A DNA stretch of 64,000 nucleotides. Source: an uncultured bacterium. Its GTDB lineage: Bacteria > Fidelibacterota > Marinisomatia > Marinisomatales > UBA1611. The notes beneath the pieces were generated by a model that was not told the origin of the DNA, made no database searches, and saw only the letters and a program-made list of their open reading frames with translations. The stretch lies in contig CAZGFQ010000002.1 of the NCBI GenBank assembly GCA_964525185.1, forward strand, positions 3,671-67,670, in the 5' to 3' direction. Within the stretch, counting starts at the first letter, position 1, and each line of letters begins with the position of its first letter. The translations under genes were made by a program, and so were the position numbers. This document shows positions 59,343 to 64,000 of the stretch, piece after piece.

Positions 59343-61799
59343 ATGAAAGAGAATTATTCAAAGCGTGTACAAAAAATTATGAAAGTTGCCAAGGAAGAAG
59401 CAATCCGCCTTGGACATAGTTATGTAGGAAGCGAGCATCTATTGCTGGGACTTTTAGTGGAAGAGAGTGGTCTATCTGCAAAAATATTTGATATTTATGA
59501 CTGCGATCCAAATGAAATGATTGCGATGGTTGAAGATATGATCAAATCATCTGGAGGAACAATGACACTAGGGCATTTACCTCTCACTAGGCGAGCAGAA
59601 CGCATATTGAGAAATGCGTTTAATGAAGCGTCGGGGATTGGAAGCCCATATGCAGATGATGAGCATTTATTGGTAGCCATGTTAAAGGAGACAGAAGGAA
59701 TCGCTTACCATGTTCTTCACACATTCGGATTAGATCATAATACAGTTGGGGAATTATTATCTTCATCAGAATTAGATCCCAAAGTTGGGGCATCTACATC
59801 ACAAAATAAAACATCTAATAGTCAAACACCTACGTTGGATCATTTTTCGCGGGATATTACTGAATTAGCTAGAAAGGGTAAGCTTGATCCAGTTATTGGA
59901 AGAGAAAATGAAATTGAACGAGTGGCACAAATTCTGACACGTCGTAAAAAAAATAATCCAGTACTTATTGGCGAGCCTGGTGTTGGTAAAACAGCCATAA
60001 TTGAAGGATTGGCTCAAAGAATAAATCGGAAAACTGTTCCTCGTGTGTTGCATAACCAGCGTATCCTTTCTTTAGATTTAGCTTCTCTTGTAGCAGGAAC
60101 AAAGTATAGAGGGCAATTTGAAGAACGCATGAAAAATATTATGCAAGAAATGGAGACTAGTGACCATTTAATTGTATTTATTGATGAATTACATACGATT
60201 GTTGGTGCAGGAGGTGCGTCAGGTTCACTTGATGCCTCAAATATGTTTAAGCCTGCTTTAGCTCGTGGAGATATTCATTGTATCGGAGCAACGACATTAG
60301 ATGAGTACCGTAAACATATTGAAAAAGATGGTGCATTAGATAGACGATTCCAAAAAATTACTATTACTTCTCCATCTGTTAAAGAATCGATAGAAATATT
60401 GTTTGGCTTAAAACCATCTTATGAAGATCATCACCATGTGAAATATTCTGATGAAGCGATTGATGCTTGTGTCCTGTTATCGGAGAGATATATTTCTGAT
60501 AAATATTTACCAGACAAAGCAATTGATGTGATGGATGAATCTGGAGCTCGTATCCATATGTTCAATATGAAAGTTCCAGATAGTATCATTCAGATTGAAA
60601 AAGAACTAGATAGTATTCGTGAAGAAAAAGAAGAGAAAGTAGCATCTCAACTATTTGAAGATGCAGCATTATTGCGCGATAAAGAGCGACAATTATTACA
60701 GAACTTATCTTTAGCACAAAAAAATTGGCAAGAAAATAAAGATGATGAAAAAATCTTAATTACGGAAGATCATATTGCAGATGTGGTTTCCATGATTACA
60801 GGGATTCCAGTTAAAAAAGTAGCCCAGTCAGAGAGCCAAAAATTATTAAAAATGGGTTCAGAATTAAAGAAATTCATTGTTGGGCAAAATGAAGCGGTCT
60901 CTTCTGTAACGCGTTCTATTCAAAGGGCTCGTACAGGATTAAAAAGTCCAACTCGTCCCATAGGTGTTTTTTTGTTTTTAGGACCAACAGGTGTTGGAAA
61001 AACAGAATGTGCTAAAGTTCTTTCGAAATATCTTTTTCCCCAAAATAATGCTCTTATAAAAGTAGATATGTCAGAATATTCAGAAAAATTTTCTTTATCA
61101 AGACTGATTGGTGCACCTCCCGGGTATGTGGGATATGAAGAAGGGGGTGAATTAACTGAAAAAGTTCGCAGGAATCCTTATTCTGTTGTATTGCTTGATG
61201 AAATAGAGAAAGCACATGGTGGCCTATTCAATATTTTGTTACAAGTATTTGATGAGGGAGTATTAACGGATAGCTTTGGCAGAAAAATTGATTTTAAAAA
61301 TACTATCATTATCATGACTTCAAATATGGGCTCTAGAGACTATAATGGGTCTGAGATTGGATTTAGAGAAAAAAATAATAAGAAAGATTTTGATAATGTA
61401 AAAAAACGAGTAATGGGAAAAGTGCTAAATACATTTTCACCAGAATTAATTAATCGAATAGACGAGACTGTTATTTTTAAACCTTTAAATGAAAAAAGTA
61501 TTCTAAAAATAATTGACCTACAATTAGCCGATTTAAAAACAAATTTAGACTCGCAAAATATAAAACTTCATATGACAGCTTTAGCTAAAAAATTATTGGT
61601 AAAAAAAGGGTATGATGAACAATATGGAGTAAGGCCATTGCGAAGAGAAATTCAATTGTCTCTTGAAGATAAAATATCAGAATTATTATTAGAAAATAAG
61701 GTCCAAAGTGGACAAATAATTAAAGTAGCAACTTTATCCAATGCTTTTACCTTTAAAATATCTAACACCACTAAAAAGAAAAAGATAGCAACTAAATAA
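59343..61799 (+). CDS. clpC: ATP-dependent Clp protease ATP-binding subunit ClpC
   Basis: 818 aa. Double Clp_N repeat. AAA1 [11 protein letters not shown]-like linker [17 protein letters not shown]2 GPTGVGKT. Confidence 0.85.
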   Translation: MKENYSKRVQKIMKVAKEEAIRLGHSYVGSEHLLLGLLVEESGLSAKIFDIYDCDPNEMIAMVEDMIKSSGGTMTLGHLPLTRRAERILRNAFNEASGIGSPYADDEHLLVAMLKETEGIAYHVLHTFGLDHNTVGELLSSSELDPKVGASTSQNKTSNSQTPTLDHFSRDITELARKGKLDPVIGRENEIERVAQILTRRKKNNPVLIGEPGVGKTAIIEGLAQRINRKTVPRVLHNQRILSLDLASLVAGTKYRGQFEERMKNIMQEMETSDHLIVFIDELHTIVGAGGASGSLDASNMFKPALARGDIHCIGATTLDEYRKHIEKDGALDRRFQKITITSPSVKESIEILFGLKPSYEDHHHVKYSDEAIDACVLLSERYISDKYLPDKAIDVMDESGARIHMFNMKVPDSIIQIEKELDSIREEKEEKVASQLFEDAALLRDKERQLLQNLSLAQKNWQENKDDEKILITEDHIADVVSMITGIPVKKVAQSESQKLLKMGSELKKFIVGQNEAVSSVTRSIQRARTGLKSPTRPIGVFLFLGPTGVGKTECAKVLSKYLFPQNNALIKVDMSEYSEKFSLSRLIGAPPGYVGYEEGGELTEKVRRNPYSVVLLDEIEKAHGGLFNILLQVFDEGVLTDSFGRKIDFKNTIIIMTSNMGSRDYNGSEIGFREKNNKKDFDNVKKRVMGKVLNTFSPELINRIDETVIFKPLNEKSILKIIDLQLADLKTNLDSQNIKLHMTALAKKLLVKKGYDEQYGVRPLRREIQLSLEDKISELLLENKVQSGQIIKVATLSNAFTFKISNTTKKKKIATK

Positions 61800-61825
61800 G
61801 TTTTTTTATCATCGACATTACTCTT

Positions 61826-61868
61826 TCTGTCATATAGGGGCTGTATTAATTCCTGTCTGCCATATAGG
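61826..61868 (+). repeat. Two 13-nt direct repeats (tctgTcatatagg / tctgCcatatagg) spaced 30 bp apart, upstream of dnaK
   Basis: Read directly at 61826-61838 and 61856-61868; 12 of 13 positions are identical. Confidence 0.6.
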
Positions 61869-61900
61869 TAGAGAATAAATGGTGGTATGTTCCTTGCATA

Positions 61901-61928
61901 TTGAATATAGATTTAATTGAATTAAAAT
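61901..61928 (+). promoter_or_regulatory. Candidate sigma70-type promoter for dnaK (TTGAAT-16 nt-TAAAAT)
   Basis: Hexamers read directly. This would give a 5' UTR of only about 12 nt before the ATG at 61947. Confidence 0.25.
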
Positions 61929-61946
61929 TTATATAAGGAGAAAAAA

Positions 61947-63851
61947 ATGGGAAAAATTATTGGAATTGATCTCGGGACTACAAACTCTTGCGTAGCTGTT
62001 TTAGAGGGTGGAGAGCCAACGGTCATTACGAATACAGAAGGTGGAAGAACTACTCCGTCTATTGTTGCATTTACAAAAGAAGATGAACGTCTTGTTGGTC
62101 AAGCAGCGAAAAGACAAGCAGTTACAAATCCTGAGAATACTATATTTTCAATCAAACGATTTATGGGTAGAATGTTCAAAGAAGTAGGAACAGAAATTGA
62201 TGAAGCCCCCTTTGCTGTTAAAAAGAATTCTAGTGGTGCAGTTGTCGTAGAAGCATCTGGAAAAGATTATACTCCACCAGAAATCAGTGCAATGGTATTA
62301 CAAAAATTAAAACAAATGGCAGAGGAACATTTGGGAACGACTGTTTCTGATGCCGTAATTACCGTCCCTGCATACTTTAATGATTCTCAAAGACAAGCAA
62401 CTAAAGATGCGGGTAAAATAGCTGGATTAAACGTTCGCCGTATAGTGAATGAACCTACAGCTGCAGCTTTGGCATATGGCTTGGACAAGAAAAAAGATGA
62501 AATGATTGCAGTATTTGATCTTGGCGGTGGAACATTTGATATTTCAATCCTTGAGTTAGGTGATGGTGTATTCGATGTTAAAGCATCAAACGGAGATGGA
62601 CACCTTGGCGGTGATGATTTTGATCAAAAAGTTATAAACTGGATTGCAGAAGAATTTCAAAAAAGTGATGGCATTGATTTGAAAAAAGATCCAATGGCAC
62701 TCCAAAGATTAAAAGAAGCTGCAGAAACAGCAAAAAAAGAATTATCCAGCTCTAAACAAACAGAAATCAATTTACCTTTTGTAACAGCTGATGCTTCTGG
62801 TCCCAAACATTTGAATATGACATTAACAAGGGCGAAATTCGAAGATTTAGTAAATGACCTCGTTCAAAGAACCATTAAACCATGTACAGATGCATTAAAA
62901 GATGCTGGGTTATCTCCAAGCGATATTGATGAAGTTATTTTGGTTGGCGGTTCTACTAGAATTCCAAAAATTCAAGAAAAGGTAAAAGAAATATTCGGAA
63001 AAGAACCAAATAAAAGTGTAAACCCTGATGAAGTAGTTGCAATTGGTGCATCAATTCAAGGTGGTGTTTTGGCTGGTGATGTTGATGATATTCTATTATT
63101 GGATGTAACACCATTATCTTTAGGAATAGAAACACTAGGATCTGTTTCAACTAAATTGATTGAAAGGAATACAACAATTCCAACTAAAAAATCTCAAGTT
63201 TTTAGTACTGCCGCTGATAATCAAACAACAGTTGAAATTCATGTTCTCCAAGGGGAGCGCGAAATGGCAATGGATAATAAAACGATAGGCAAATTTCATT
63301 TGGCAGATATCCCGCCATCACCTCGTGGTGTCCCGCAAATTGAAGTGACATTTGATATTGATGCAAATGGAATATTAAATGTAGGAGCTAAAGATAAGGC
63401 AACTGGAAAGGAACAAAGTATCCGAATCGAAGCATCGAGCGGGTTGTCTGACACAGAAATTGAAAAAATGGTATCAGATGCAAAGTCACATGAAGCTGAA
63501 GATAAAGAAAAACGTGAAGCCATTGATATTTTGAACCAAGCTGAACATTTAGTGTATGAAACAGAGAAAAACATAAAAGAGCATGAAGGCAAAATTTCTG
63601 ATGATGAAAAGAAAGATTTAACCGAAAAAATGGAGGCTCTATCAAAAGCAAAAGAATCGGGAATCGCTGATGATATAAAAGCTGCCATGGATCAGCTAAA
63701 TGCTTCATGGCACCAAGTTGCATCAAAAATGTATGAATCTACTCAAGGAGCAGATGATCCAACTCAACAGCCTAATCCTGGGGCTTCATCTGAAGGAAAA
63801 AAAGATGATAGTGAAATAGAGGATGCTGATTTTGAAGTTGTTGATGACTAA
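61947..63851 (+). CDS. dnaK: Molecular chaperone DnaK (Hsp70)
   Basis: [17 protein letters not shown] and [11 protein letters not shown]. Acidic C-terminal tail. SD AAGGAG upstream. Confidence 0.97.
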   Translation: MGKIIGIDLGTTNSCVAVLEGGEPTVITNTEGGRTTPSIVAFTKEDERLVGQAAKRQAVTNPENTIFSIKRFMGRMFKEVGTEIDEAPFAVKKNSSGAVVVEASGKDYTPPEISAMVLQKLKQMAEEHLGTTVSDAVITVPAYFNDSQRQATKDAGKIAGLNVRRIVNEPTAAALAYGLDKKKDEMIAVFDLGGGTFDISILELGDGVFDVKASNGDGHLGGDDFDQKVINWIAEEFQKSDGIDLKKDPMALQRLKEAAETAKKELSSSKQTEINLPFVTADASGPKHLNMTLTRAKFEDLVNDLVQRTIKPCTDALKDAGLSPSDIDEVILVGGSTRIPKIQEKVKEIFGKEPNKSVNPDEVVAIGASIQGGVLAGDVDDILLLDVTPLSLGIETLGSVSTKLIERNTTIPTKKSQVFSTAADNQTTVEIHVLQGEREMAMDNKTIGKFHLADIPPSPRGVPQIEVTFDIDANGILNVGAKDKATGKEQSIRIEASSGLSDTEIEKMVSDAKSHEAEDKEKREAIDILNQAEHLVYETEKNIKEHEGKISDDEKKDLTEKMEALSKAKESGIADDIKAAMDQLNASWHQVASKMYESTQGADDPTQQPNPGASSEGKKDDSEIEDADFEVVDD

Positions 63852-63866
63852 GAGTTAGTTGATTTC

Positions 63867-63896
63867 AAAAAAAGCGCTATTTTTAGCGCTTTTTTT
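63867..63896 (+). terminator. Rho-independent, potentially bidirectional terminator after dnaK
   Basis: aaaaaaAGCGCTAttttTAGCGCTtttttt: a 7-bp GC-containing stem with a 4-nt loop, flanked by an A-run and a T-run. Confidence 0.8.
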
Positions 63897-63951
63897 GTTT
63901 ATGGAACAGTCTTCAATTATTCTCGTTAATTTCTTATGAAGAAATTGATTC

Positions 63952-64000
63952 ATGAAACTTAATAAAATAAACTTTCTTTTTATTTTCGTAGCAGTTCTTA
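63952..64000 (+). CDS. Start of an unidentified secreted or membrane protein (partial, runs off the window)
   Basis: The ATG at 63952 gives MKLNKINFLFIFVAVL, which looks like a signal peptide. Only 16 codons are visible. Confidence 0.25.
   Translation, partial: MKLNKINFLFIFVAVL

Noticed and set aside
61800-61946. CIRCE/HrcA operator upstream of dnaK
   Set aside because: The inverted repeat TTAGCACTC-N9-GAGTGCTAA, or a near match, is not present in the gap.
63296-63726. Two long minus-strand ORFs (130 and 112 aa) inside dnaK
   Set aside because: Long antisense ORFs opposite hsp70 genes are a well-known compositional artefact. They have no RBS and are fully contained within an unambiguous dnaK.
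63928-63946. Perfect 8-bp AT-rich hairpin (aatttctt-atg-aagaaatt) just upstream of the partial ORF at the window end
   Set aside because: It is very AT-rich, and therefore low in stability. It has no T-tract and the downstream gene is only 16 codons visible. Context is insufficient to assign a function.
1-64000. Search for CRISPR arrays, transposases, integrases, IS inverted repeats, phage or defence genes, toxin-antitoxin pairs, and compositionally distinct islands
   Set aside because: None seen. Every ORF over 60 aa outside shadow frames has a housekeeping, respiratory or envelope assignment, or is a small operon-embedded hypothetical. There are no spaced direct-repeat arrays and no obvious shift in base composition by eye.

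Overview
AT-rich, very gene-dense bacterial chromosomal window with about 65 protein genes. I found no rRNA, tRNA, CRISPR array, transposase, integrase or phage gene. Content is overwhelmingly core housekeeping. In window order: (1) a capsule/EPS export pair (Wzz-like, Wza-like) on the minus strand; (2) serS, plsC, a DUF2851 protein, an MltD-like lytic transglycosylase, HU/IHF, a 31-aa bS22-like basic peptide, xseA/xseB and nadK; (3) a minus-strand proline dehydrogenase operon; (4) a 17-kb respiratory block, nuoABCDHIJKLMN (11-subunit, no nuoEFG) followed after 30 bp by nqrABCDEF-apbE, with nqrM convergent; (5) a 34-kb uninterrupted plus-strand run holding an ion transporter, PduO-type adenosyltransferase, nrnA, ispH, pdxS/pdxT, dxs, cstA, a methylmalonyl-CoA mutase catalytic subunit, a variant System I cytochrome c maturation cluster (ccmE-ccmF-orf92-ccmABCD), an archaeal-type GAPDH homologue, an MBL hydrolase, metF, tilS-hpt-ftsH-folP-cdaA, prfB (programmed +1 frameshift), lysS, lolCED-like genes, clpC and dnaK. 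The likely source is a streamlined, uncultured FCB-group-like bacterium. This rests on Bacteroidota-type markers combined with clear Shine-Dalgarno sites and is inference only. I do not see a convincing novel multi-gene system; this looks like an ordinary core region. The best leads are: a winged-HTH fused to the Wzz-like co-polymerase; the CxxxY-CcmE ccm variant lacking ccmG/ccmH; the nuo-nqr supercluster, whose complex I lacks an electron-input module; an archaeal-type GAPDH; and two functional micro-ORFs (bS22-like, ccmD) missing from the ORF track.
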